44,497 bases of DNA from Chloroflexota bacterium (GTDB taxonomy: Bacteria; Chloroflexota; Anaerolineae; Anaerolineales; Anaerolineaceae). Below, piece by piece: positions 30,295 through 38,949 of this stretch. The stretch spans positions 1 to 44,497 of the forward strand of contig JAJZTR010000001.1 of the NCBI GenBank assembly GCA_021848775.1. Direction: 5' to 3'. The position numbers were made by a program, and so were the translations under genes. The notes under the pieces were generated by a model that was not told the DNA's origin, made no database searches, and saw nothing but the letters and a program-made list of their open reading frames with translations. Within the stretch, counting starts at the first letter, position 1. The number at the start of each line of letters is the position of its first letter.

Positions 30295-31343
30295 TGTTTA
30301 TAAAATCCTGGCGCGGTTCATCGCTATTATTTAAAGTTCTCGCAATTGCCGGCGCGTTGATCTTTACCACGGTCATCATGCTGCTGGCAGGGGCACCGCC
30401 GCTCGAAGCTTACAAATTGATTATTATTGGTTCCGTCGGCTCGATCGGTAAAATCTCCGATGTGGTGGTTGCCTGGATACCGCTCCTGCTGGTAACTTCG
30501 GGTTTGCTGCTGACTTTCACCGCCGGGTTGTGGAATATCGGAATCGAAGGGCAAATAGCGCTGGGAGCGATTTGCACCACCTGGGCGTTGAGGTTATTGC
30601 AGGATTCTAGCCTCTCACCAACTTTGATTATTATCATCGGCTTTTTAGCAGGCATCCTGGGCGGGATGTTTTGGGCTGCGCTGGTCGGTGTGTTGAAAAA
30701 TTTTGGCGGGGTCAACGAAATTTTTGGCGGATTGGGGCTTAATTTTGTCGCCACTGCCTTGACGATCTGGTTGATCTTTGGCCCCTGGAAACGCCCGGGC
30801 GTCGGTTCGATGAGCGGCACCGTTCCCTTCGATACTTCCCTGTGGCTGCCGCAAGTTGAAGGCTTGCGTATGAGTTGGTGGTCGCTGGGGGTCGGAATCG
30901 TTGGGATTGTTCTGGTCTTTATCATACTGCAGGGTACATATTACGGGCTGCGGTTGAAGGCGGTTGGCAAGAACAGTCGGGCGGCATTTCTAATCGGCAT
31001 TCCAACCTCGCGGTACATGATGTCGGCATTTTTAATCTGCGGCATCTTCGCCGGGCTGGCAGGGGCAACTCAGGTTTTGGGTGTTTATCATCGTCTGATA
31101 CCATCGATATCGTCGGGGTATGGCTACCTTGGTTTGATGGTCGGCATGCTGATCAATTATCAGGCGTTATGGGCGGCTCCAGTGGCATTCTTCTTCGCCG
31201 CGTTGAATATCGGCAGCATCCAATTGCCCATCGTATTGAAATTGGACTCTTCCCTCGCGGGTGTTTTGCAGGGGGCGCTCGTTCTCTTTGTCCTGATGAT
31301 GGATGGCGTACGCCGCCGTTTGACTGGTAAAAAGGTGAGTTAG
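30294..31343 (+). CDS. ABC transporter permease (nucleoside-type)
   Basis: AGLWNIGIEGQ, GVNEI, GLRLKAVGKN and GYGYLG; GTG start overlaps the upstream TAG. Confidence 0.9.
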   Translation: MFIKSWRGSSLLFKVLAIAGALIFTTVIMLLAGAPPLEAYKLIIIGSVGSIGKISDVVVAWIPLLLVTSGLLLTFTAGLWNIGIEGQIALGAICTTWALRLLQDSSLSPTLIIIIGFLAGILGGMFWAALVGVLKNFGGVNEIFGGLGLNFVATALTIWLIFGPWKRPGVGSMSGTVPFDTSLWLPQVEGLRMSWWSLGVGIVGIVLVFIILQGTYYGLRLKAVGKNSRAAFLIGIPTSRYMMSAFLICGIFAGLAGATQVLGVYHRLIPSISSGYGYLGLMVGMLINYQALWAAPVAFFFAALNIGSIQLPIVLKLDSSLAGVLQGALVLFVLMMDGVRRRLTGKKVS

Positions 31344-31345
31344 CA

Positions 31346-32341
31346 ATGGATAATACAACGCTTGTTGGATTAGCGGGAATTTTAGCGGCTGCCGCGCCGA
31401 TTGTTTTTGCCGCAATCGGGGAAACAATCACTGAGCGGGCTGGTGTGATCAACCTTTCGCTCAACGGCACGATTTTACTCACGGCCATGGCTGGTTTCGC
31501 GACGACAGCGACCACCGGAAGTCTGCTGCTCGGATTCCTGGCAGGGGCTGTGATCGGCGCATTGGTTGCCCTCATAATTGCTTTTAGCAGCATTACCCTG
31601 AAACAATCCCAAGTCGCCGTCGGATTCGTTTTGGCTTTGATGTGCCGTGATCTGGCTTACTTCCTCGGCAATCCCTACATGGGGCTCTCCGGACCGCGCG
31701 TCCCCAATATGCCCATTCCAGGTCTGGTCGATATTCCCATAATCGGGACCCTGTTCTTTAGCCATGATTTACAGGTTTATTCCAGTTTTCTTCTGGTCAT
31801 CGTTGCCTACATCTTTGTCTACAAAACCCGTCCAGGACTGATGCTTCAGGGTATCGGCGAGAAGCCGGCTTCTGCGTATGTTCGTGGAGCCAATGTCAAC
31901 CGTCTGCGTTACATCTACACCATGATTGGCGGTGCGCTGGTAGGTCTGGCCGGCCCGATGTATACTTTGAGCGTAAAAGTAGGCTGGAAAGGGACCATCA
32001 CGGGTTTAGACGGTATTGGCTGGATCGCCCTCGCGATTACTATTTTCGGCGGCTGGAATCCGCTCCGGGTAGCGTTGGGCGCTTATTTCTTCGTCTTTTT
32101 GCAGTGGCTGGGCCTGGTGCTGCAACCATCGATGCCGAATATTCCGTCTCAGGTCCTGCAAGTCGCACCTTTCCCCCTTATGATCCTAACCCTGGTGATT
32201 GTTAATCTCGGCAATGCTGAGTGGGTTGACCGCACCCTGGCAGGCTTGCCGGAGGACGCCAGACGGGTCCTGGCAAAAGTCTTGCGGACCATGCGCACTT
32301 CTCCACCAGCTTCGCTGGGCATTCCGTTCGAGAATGAATAG
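31346..32341 (+). CDS. ABC transporter permease (nucleoside-type)
   Basis: AIGETITERAGVINL, GIGEKP, GIGWIALAITIFGGWNP and C-terminal PPASLGIPF. Confidence 0.9.
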   Translation: MDNTTLVGLAGILAAAAPIVFAAIGETITERAGVINLSLNGTILLTAMAGFATTATTGSLLLGFLAGAVIGALVALIIAFSSITLKQSQVAVGFVLALMCRDLAYFLGNPYMGLSGPRVPNMPIPGLVDIPIIGTLFFSHDLQVYSSFLLVIVAYIFVYKTRPGLMLQGIGEKPASAYVRGANVNRLRYIYTMIGGALVGLAGPMYTLSVKVGWKGTITGLDGIGWIALAITIFGGWNPLRVALGAYFFVFLQWLGLVLQPSMPNIPSQVLQVAPFPLMILTLVIVNLGNAEWVDRTLAGLPEDARRVLAKVLRTMRTSPPASLGIPFENE

Positions 32342-32345
32342 GAAA

Positions 32346-33599
32346 ATGATGATGAGTGAATTTATAGGATATCGCTGCTCGTTGTGCCAAACTGAATATT
32401 CTCCCAGCCAGGTGACTTATACCTGCCCGAAAGATGGCGGCAATCTAGATGTCGTTCTCGATTATGCCAATATCCGGCAGCGCTACGAAATCAACGACAT
32501 CACCACCCGAACAGATCCTTCACTTTGGCGGTATCTGCCGTTATTGCCTGTAACCGACCCGGGTGGGGAGTCAACGCCTTTGCGCGCAGCCGGGTGGACG
32601 CCTGTCTATAAAGCGGGCAGATTGGCTGAGTCGCTTGGAATCCGGAATCTGTGGATCAAGGATGAAGGCCGAAACCCTACCGCCTCGTACAAAGACCGGG
32701 CATCGGCGGTTGTGGTGGCGCGGGCTTTGGAGATCGGCGCTGAAGTCACGGTTACCGCCTCAACCGGTAACGCAGGTGCCGCCCTGGCTGGCATGGCTGC
32801 GGCGGTCGGACATAAATCTGTGATCTTTGCTCCTAAAACTGCCCCCCAGGCCAAAATTGCTCAATTACTGGTTTTTGGTGCTCGGGTGATCCTGGTAGAC
32901 GGCAATTATGACGCTGCCTTTGATCTGAGCCTGCAGGCTGCTGAAGAATTCGGCTGGTACTGTCGCAATACGGGGTACAATCCCTTCACCGTAGAAGGTA
33001 AAAAGACGGGTGCTTACGAGATCTGGGAAACTGTAATGATGGAAATTCCTAAAAAATATGCGCCCTTGACCATTTTTGTTTCAGTGGGAGATGGGAATAT
33101 TATTTCCGGATTGCACAAAGGCTTTAAAGATTTACAATTGTTGGGTTGGCTGGATCAGATGCCACGGTTGTTTGGCATCCAATCTGACCGTTCCGCGGCT
33201 GTAGCCAATGCTTTCCAGGCGGGTGGGGAAGACATCCAACCTGTGCAAGCGACCACCATCGCGGACAGCATATCGGTGGATCTGCCGCGTGATGGTGTCC
33301 GGGCGGTGCGCGCGGCGAGAGAGACCGGCGGTGAATACCTTACCGTTACCGACGACGAAATTATTGCAGCTATCCCGGAAATCGGGCAAATCGGCATCTT
33401 TGCTGAACCGGCAGGCTCTGCAGCGTATGCAGGAATGAAGAAAGCTGTTTCTCAGGGGAAGATCGATGCGGACGATCCCGTACTGGTCTTGAACACCGGG
33501 AACGGGTTGAAAGATGTTCGAGCTGCCTTAAAATCGATAACGGAAGCTCCAGTAATTGAACCAACTTTACCCGCGTTGAAACGGCTGCTGGGAATTTGA
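32346..33599 (+). CDS. Threonine-synthase-like fold-II PLP enzyme (probably not a true ThrC)
   Basis: N-terminal CSLC...CPKD, SLWRY, NPTASYKDR (PLP Lys), STGNA, TIADSI, EPAGSA and TGNGLKD; start set at ATG 32346, right after the permease stop. Confidence 0.8.
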   Translation: MMMSEFIGYRCSLCQTEYSPSQVTYTCPKDGGNLDVVLDYANIRQRYEINDITTRTDPSLWRYLPLLPVTDPGGESTPLRAAGWTPVYKAGRLAESLGIRNLWIKDEGRNPTASYKDRASAVVVARALEIGAEVTVTASTGNAGAALAGMAAAVGHKSVIFAPKTAPQAKIAQLLVFGARVILVDGNYDAAFDLSLQAAEEFGWYCRNTGYNPFTVEGKKTGAYEIWETVMMEIPKKYAPLTIFVSVGDGNIISGLHKGFKDLQLLGWLDQMPRLFGIQSDRSAAVANAFQAGGEDIQPVQATTIADSISVDLPRDGVRAVRAARETGGEYLTVTDDEIIAAIPEIGQIGIFAEPAGSAAYAGMKKAVSQGKIDADDPVLVLNTGNGLKDVRAALKSITEAPVIEPTLPALKRLLGI

Positions 33600-33643
33600 A
33601 GTTTTAGAAAGTTTCAGATCGATCTGTGAAAGAGGGCTTTAGA

Positions 33644-34615
33644 ATGGAACCGACATTTTCAATCATTGCCCCAATCTTCAATGAAGAATGCTGCCTGGAT
33701 GAACTCTACCGGCGAATCTCAGAGGTGATGGATCAAACCCATGAACCCTGGGAGCTGGTGCTGGTAAATGATGGTTCGCGTGATGCCTCACCGGAAATTA
33801 TTCGCAGCTTGGCTGCGGCGGATAAACGGGTGCGTCCGGTGATGTTTGCCCGTAATTTCGGTCACCAAATTGCGGTAACAGCCGGTTTGGATTACGCCCG
33901 CGGTCAGGCAGTCATCATCATCGATGCAGATTTGCAGGATCCCCCGGAGGTCATGTTGGAGATGATCTCAAAGTGGCGGGAAGGTGTCGAGGTGGTCTAT
34001 GCCGTTCGAGCAGACCGCGAAGGCGAAACCTGGTTCAAGAAATTAACCGCCGCTCTGTTTTACCGCATAATTTTCAGCATCACCGACGTGAAAATTCCGA
34101 TGGATACCGGTGATTTCCGTCTAATGGATCGAAAAGTGGTGAACGTCATGAAAACCATGCGGGAGCACCATCGATTTCTGCGCGGGATGTCCGCCTGGGT
34201 CGGATTCAGGCAGGAAGGTGTCACATACAATCGCGCAGCCCGGTTTGGCGGGGAAACCAAGTACCCGTTTCGCAAGATGCTCAAATTAGCCTTGACGGCT
34301 ATCACGGGTTTCTCATATTTTCCGCTGCAGCTGGCAACTTATCTTGGCTTTATCACCGCCGGGTTGGCCATCATCGCCATCCCGGTTGTAGCCATCTTTA
34401 GGGCGCTGCAGTCACAGGCCTTTTTCGGGCAGGCATCGACTTTGATCGCGGTCTTATTCTTGGGCGGCGTTCAATTGATTTCACTGGGCATTTTAGGTGA
34501 ATATATCGGACGCATTTATGACGAAGTAAAAGGAAGACCTTTATATATCGTTAGTGAAGATCCGGAAAATTTCCATTCAGACGATCAAATAAAAAATCAA
34601 GGAGAATTTTCGTAA
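33644..34615 (+). CDS. GT2 polyprenol-phosphate glycosyltransferase (GtrB/ArnC-like)
   Basis: IIAPIFNEE, VNDGSRD, RNFGHQ, IDADLQDPP, TGDFRLMDR, two C-terminal TMs and GEYIGRIY..VKGRPLY. Confidence 0.92.
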   Translation: MEPTFSIIAPIFNEECCLDELYRRISEVMDQTHEPWELVLVNDGSRDASPEIIRSLAAADKRVRPVMFARNFGHQIAVTAGLDYARGQAVIIIDADLQDPPEVMLEMISKWREGVEVVYAVRADREGETWFKKLTAALFYRIIFSITDVKIPMDTGDFRLMDRKVVNVMKTMREHHRFLRGMSAWVGFRQEGVTYNRAARFGGETKYPFRKMLKLALTAITGFSYFPLQLATYLGFITAGLAIIAIPVVAIFRALQSQAFFGQASTLIAVLFLGGVQLISLGILGEYIGRIYDEVKGRPLYIVSEDPENFHSDDQIKNQGEFS

Positions 34616-36081
34616 TGGCAAAAATTGACCTCACCATTTACCCTGAACACCTCGAGCGGGCTGTCAAGCGAGTGAAAGATCGAAATATTATTATTCCGAC
34701 TTTTGCGCAAATGAAGAACCCGGATCTGATTCCATCCAACATCAAAGAGGAATTAGGTTCGATCGGACTGTGGGATGTTCACCCCCGCAACCTGTTCCGA
34801 ATTACCTGGAAAAATGAACCGAAACCTCGCGGCGGCGGGTTTGGCGGGGTTAATTATTTCGAACTTCCCTCCAGTTTAACCGGCGTGCCAGCCCGTATCA
34901 TAGGACTGGTCGGGAAATGGTTCCCCACTGGGGCCCACAAAGTTGGTGCCGCCTTCGGCTGCCTGGTTCCGCGCCTGGTCACCGGTCAGTTTGACCCGAC
35001 TACCCAGAAAGCGGTGTGGCCGTCGACCGGAAATTATTGCCGCGGCGGGGCGTACGATTCGGCGCTTTTGGGCTGTGAATCGATTGCGATATTACCCGAG
35101 GGCATGAGCAAAGAACGCTTCGAATGGCTCGAAAAAATCGCCGGTGAAGTAATCGCCACCCCGGGCACTGAATCCAACGTCAAAGAGATTTTTGACAAAT
35201 GCTGGGAACTGCGTGCTTCCGGTCAGGATCTGGTCATTTTCAATCAGTTCGAGGAATTTGGGAATTACCTGTGGCACTATAACGTATCTGGTGCTGCAAT
35301 CGAAGAAGTCCTCAAAAAGATCCTGGGACCCAAGGATACTTTCCGCGGGGCAGCGTTGACCACCGGCTCTGCCGGGACGATTGCCTTGGGTGAATATCTT
35401 AAATCGGTTTTTCCGGGCAGTAAAACGGTTGCCAGCGAAGCTTTGCAATGCCCGACTCTTCTGTCAAATGGTTTCGGCTCACATCGCATCGAGGGTATTG
35501 GCGATAAACACGTGCCGTGGGTGCACAATGTGAAAGAGACCGACATGGTGGTCGCGATTGACGACAATGCGGTAACCAATATTGTCCGTCTCTTCAACGA
35601 AAAAGCAGGGCGCGAGTATTTAATCCACAAGGGTGTGCCTGAAGAGGTTGTTGGAAAACTTGATTTACTGGGTTTTTCAGGCATTGCCAATATGCTTTCC
35701 GCTATCAAAATGGCAAAGTATTATGAAATGGATGAAAACGATGTCGTGGTGGTTGTATTCACCGATTCGATGGAATTGTATACCAGCCGCGTGGACGAAT
35801 ATCGAAAAGAATTTGGTGAATTCACCTCCTTTGATGCGGCAGAAACCTACGCCCGTTACCTCCATGGAGAGCGCACCGACAACCTGTTGGAACTGACCTA
35901 CGCTGACCAAAAGCGTATCCATAACTTGAAGTATTACACCTGGGTTGAGCAGCAAGGCCGCACCTACGAGGAAATCCAGGCGCAGTGGTACGATCCGGAT
36001 TATTGGACCGGCTATCGTAATCAGACCGAGGAAATCGATGCGTTGATTACGGAGTTCAATCAGCGCGTCAGCCGGGCATAG
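34615..36081 (+). CDS. Uncharacterised large fold-II PLP-dependent enzyme
   Basis: FPTGAHKVG (PLP Lys), WPSTGNY, phosphate loop TGSAGT and HRIEGIGDK; its ATG overlaps the GT2 stop (TAATG). Confidence 0.78.
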   Translation: MAKIDLTIYPEHLERAVKRVKDRNIIIPTFAQMKNPDLIPSNIKEELGSIGLWDVHPRNLFRITWKNEPKPRGGGFGGVNYFELPSSLTGVPARIIGLVGKWFPTGAHKVGAAFGCLVPRLVTGQFDPTTQKAVWPSTGNYCRGGAYDSALLGCESIAILPEGMSKERFEWLEKIAGEVIATPGTESNVKEIFDKCWELRASGQDLVIFNQFEEFGNYLWHYNVSGAAIEEVLKKILGPKDTFRGAALTTGSAGTIALGEYLKSVFPGSKTVASEALQCPTLLSNGFGSHRIEGIGDKHVPWVHNVKETDMVVAIDDNAVTNIVRLFNEKAGREYLIHKGVPEEVVGKLDLLGFSGIANMLSAIKMAKYYEMDENDVVVVVFTDSMELYTSRVDEYRKEFGEFTSFDAAETYARYLHGERTDNLLELTYADQKRIHNLKYYTWVEQQGRTYEEIQAQWYDPDYWTGYRNQTEEIDALITEFNQRVSRA

Positions 36082-36104
36082 TAACCGGAAATTTGGAACC
36101 CTAA

Positions 36105-36142
36105 AAAAATCGGGCAGATCCTATGAAGTCTGCCCGATTTTT
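36105..36142. terminator. Bidirectional intrinsic terminator ending the purine/ABC/PLP operon
   Basis: AAAAATCGGGCAGA-loop-TCTGCCCGATTTTT between convergent genes. Confidence 0.88.
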
Positions 36143-36177
36143 ATAATCAAACCATGCCGGAATCGGTTACCGTTCCT

Positions 36178-36792
36178 TTATTCCTCTAGCAGTGGAAGTG
36201 CCTCGTTTGCGAGGGTTTCTGGCGTGTGCATGCCGACGCGGATGCCGCGGACGATTCCATCCCGGTCTACCAGAATCGAGGTCGGGTAGGTATCGATCTT
36301 CAAAGCATCCAAAACGCGGTAATCAGGATCGACCAACACAGGGAAGTCCAATCCGACCTCGGTTGCAAAAGCCTGGGCGGTGGCTGGAGCCTCGCCAGCG
36401 TTGATTGCCAGGACTACAAATCCTTGATCCCGATACTGATTAAAAAAATTATTCAGATCCGGCATTTCTGCCCGGCAGGGAGGGCACCAGGTTGCCCAGG
36501 TATTGATGAGCACAACGGATCCCTTATAATCGTCCAGACTGACCCAATTGCCGTCGAGGTCAGCCAGTTCAAAATTGGACATCAGAGCATTCAACTTTGG
36601 CTGCAGAATATCGCCCGGTTGCGCAGGACGAAAATAGGTTACCAAACTGATAAGGAGTATTAATACTCCTGCAGCAATAACCACCGGACCGGTGGAATTC
36701 CTGGACCGTGTTTTCGATCTGGAAGATGTTTGAGGCGCGCGTTCAAAGGTCATCGGATGATCTTTACCCACTTTAATTTCAGTTTCTGACAT
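36178..36792 (-). CDS. TlpA/ResA-family membrane-anchored thiol-disulfide oxidoreductase
   Basis: N-terminal TM, WATWCPPCRAEMP and YPTSILVDRDG. The start is uncertain (ATG 36792 or 36753 are more plausible than 36870). Confidence 0.85.
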   Translation of the reverse strand: MSETEIKVGKDHPMTFERAPQTSSRSKTRSRNSTGPVVIAAGVLILLISLVTYFRPAQPGDILQPKLNALMSNFELADLDGNWVSLDDYKGSVVLINTWATWCPPCRAEMPDLNNFFNQYRDQGFVVLAINAGEAPATAQAFATEVGLDFPVLVDPDYRVLDALKIDTYPTSILVDRDGIVRGIRVGMHTPETLANEALPLLEE

Positions 36793-36897
36793 TTTACCTG
36801 ATAATTTGTAAACCTTTGAGCATCCCTGGAAAGACATTCCACGTTTATCTTGTGGGCTATAATTATGCAATGAATTTCCCGCAAAGTGAGACCATAC

Positions 36898-37503
36898 ATG
36901 ACTTTACTTCCTGATCCAACCGATTTGGTGCTGGTGGTCGTCATCACCAATCCGCGGGATTTGGAAATAGCGCGAGTCCTGGGCTGGTATAGAATCCCCT
37001 TTAAAACGGCCCCGAAAGTGGTGTCCGTGGATTATCTGGCCTTCTACCAGACCGCCGGATTTGGCGAGGAAGAGCGCTGGCGCATCCGCTATATCGCGCC
37101 GGTGCGCGGACATGAACTAACCACGCGGGCTGAATTGATCCGGGATGAACCTGACCATCCGAGGGCGGGTGAAGAATACTACAAAGTCCAAATTGGTGCA
37201 CTGCAATCCCTGCCCCATCCCATTAAAGCGGATCACTGGCGGCGGATCACATTTCTATACACAACCGGCGAACTGTTACGCCAGGCGCTAACCGTCAATG
37301 ATCTGGTGGTTAGAGATGAGGAACGAGCCTTGCTGTGGCAGTCCTTACGCGAGCGGGCGCTCGCCAGCGGGCAGTATCAATCGGAAGAATTGCCCGAAAA
37401 CCGTTTCAATCTCGATCCGGTATTGCTTGCCATGCTGGGAGAGCTGGGTAAAATACACGAGGCGCCGGCAGGCTGGGATGAACTCGATCCTGCTGATTCT
37501 TGA
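36898..37503 (+). CDS. Hypothetical protein with GWYRIP motif (possible PUA/EVE-like nucleic-acid-binding domain)
   Basis: NPRDLEIARVLGWYRIP, YLAFYQT and EEYYKVQIG in an aromatic-rich beta pattern; TATAAT at 36858-36863. The fold call is inference. Confidence 0.5.
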   Translation: MTLLPDPTDLVLVVVITNPRDLEIARVLGWYRIPFKTAPKVVSVDYLAFYQTAGFGEEERWRIRYIAPVRGHELTTRAELIRDEPDHPRAGEEYYKVQIGALQSLPHPIKADHWRRITFLYTTGELLRQALTVNDLVVRDEERALLWQSLRERALASGQYQSEELPENRFNLDPVLLAMLGELGKIHEAPAGWDELDPADS

Positions 37504-37520
37504 AGCCAGGAGAAAATAAT

Positions 37521-38942
37521 ATGTCGGTTTTGATTCAATCCGGAACGATAATCACGGCGTCTGATACTTTCCAGGCGGATATTCTGGTGGAGGGGGAACA
37601 CATTGCTGTAATCGGGAACGATCTCGCGGTTCCGCCTGATGCGCAGGTGATTAATGCAGCCGGTAAGTTTGTTTTGCCAGGCGGAATCGATGTGCACACC
37701 CACTTCGATTTGCCTATGTTTGGCACTGTTTCTTCGGATGATCATTACACCGGGCATAAAGCGGCGGCTTTTGGCGGGACCACGACGGTGATCGATTTTA
37801 TTCCGCAGGATCTGGCTCCATTACAGGCGAATGTGGATGCCTGGCATGCCAAAGCGGATGCCAAGGCAGCAATCGATTTTGGTTTTCACATGAATATCAG
37901 CCATCTGGATGAGCAGGTTGAGGCTGAAATTCCCGGGCTGATTCAGCAGGGAATTACCAGTTTAAAGGTTTTCACAGCATATAACCAGCGCATGCGCCTC
38001 ACGGACGATCAAATATTCCGCGTATTGCGCATAGCAAAAAAACATGGGATGTTGACCATGGTACATGCGGAGAACGGGGATGTGATCGAATTGCTGGTTG
38101 CTGAAGCTCTGGCGCAGCACCGCACATCCCCGGTGTGGCACGCCCGCACTCGCCCGGCCTGGGGCGCTGTCGAGGCGGTATTGCGCTCGGCATCTTTGGC
38201 GGCCACCAGCGAGGCTCCGCTTTATATCGTTCACATGAATGTAGCCGGCGAAGTGGATATGCTGGCTTATGCCCGCGAAAAGGGCGTGCCGGTGATGGGT
38301 GAAACCTGTCCGCAGTACCTCTTTTTCTCTGAGGACAACCTGACTCAGGCTGATGGTGCCAAATTCGTCTGTTCGCCGCCGGTAAGGAGTGAATTTGATC
38401 GAATGCGCCTGTGGGAGGGTTTGGAAAATGGCACCATCCAGGTGCTGTCTACCGACCATTGCGCTTTCTTTTTTGACGGAACCAAGCCCATCCTGTACGA
38501 AGGGAAACCGATTGCCATTCCCGGTAAAGAACTCGGAAATGGAGATTTTACAAAAATCCCAAACGGCCTGCCCGGTGTCGGTGACCGCATGCCTGTTTTC
38601 TGGAGCACAGCGGTGGCAGCAGGCAGGATCACCCCCAATAAATTTGTCGAATTAACCAGCACGAACCCGGCGAAGATCTTTGGCATGTATCCGCGTAAAG
38701 GCAGTCTGACACCCGGCGCGGATGCGGATATTCTGATATTGGACCCAAACCAGAAAGTAAATTATGGGGTCGCTCTTTCACACCAGCGCACCGATTACAA
38801 TTTGTACGAGGGGTGGACTTTGACCGGCAGGATCGAGAAGGTTTTCCTGCGCGGCAACTTGATTGTGGATGGGGATTCCTGGCACGGGTATGCCGGGATG
38901 GGTGAATTCATTTACCGCAAGCCCTTTGAGCATTTGATTTAA
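37521..38942 (+). CDS. hydA: Dihydropyrimidinase/D-hydantoinase (HydA/HyuA-like)
   Basis: PGGIDVHTH, AAFGGTTTVIDF, SLKVF (carboxy-Lys), VHAENG, ETCPQYL, CSPP, STDHC and FTKIPNGLPG; SD AGGAG. Confidence 0.92.
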   Translation: MSVLIQSGTIITASDTFQADILVEGEHIAVIGNDLAVPPDAQVINAAGKFVLPGGIDVHTHFDLPMFGTVSSDDHYTGHKAAAFGGTTTVIDFIPQDLAPLQANVDAWHAKADAKAAIDFGFHMNISHLDEQVEAEIPGLIQQGITSLKVFTAYNQRMRLTDDQIFRVLRIAKKHGMLTMVHAENGDVIELLVAEALAQHRTSPVWHARTRPAWGAVEAVLRSASLAATSEAPLYIVHMNVAGEVDMLAYAREKGVPVMGETCPQYLFFSEDNLTQADGAKFVCSPPVRSEFDRMRLWEGLENGTIQVLSTDHCAFFFDGTKPILYEGKPIAIPGKELGNGDFTKIPNGLPGVGDRMPVFWSTAVAAGRITPNKFVELTSTNPAKIFGMYPRKGSLTPGADADILILDPNQKVNYGVALSHQRTDYNLYEGWTLTGRIEKVFLRGNLIVDGDSWHGYAGMGEFIYRKPFEHLI

Positions 38943-38949
38943 ACCCGCT

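Noticed and set aside
32199-32345. N-terminal extension of the ThrC-like ORF given in the ORF track
   Set aside because: It overlaps the permease by about 140 nt; the ATG at 32346 directly follows the permease stop and precedes the CxxC motif.
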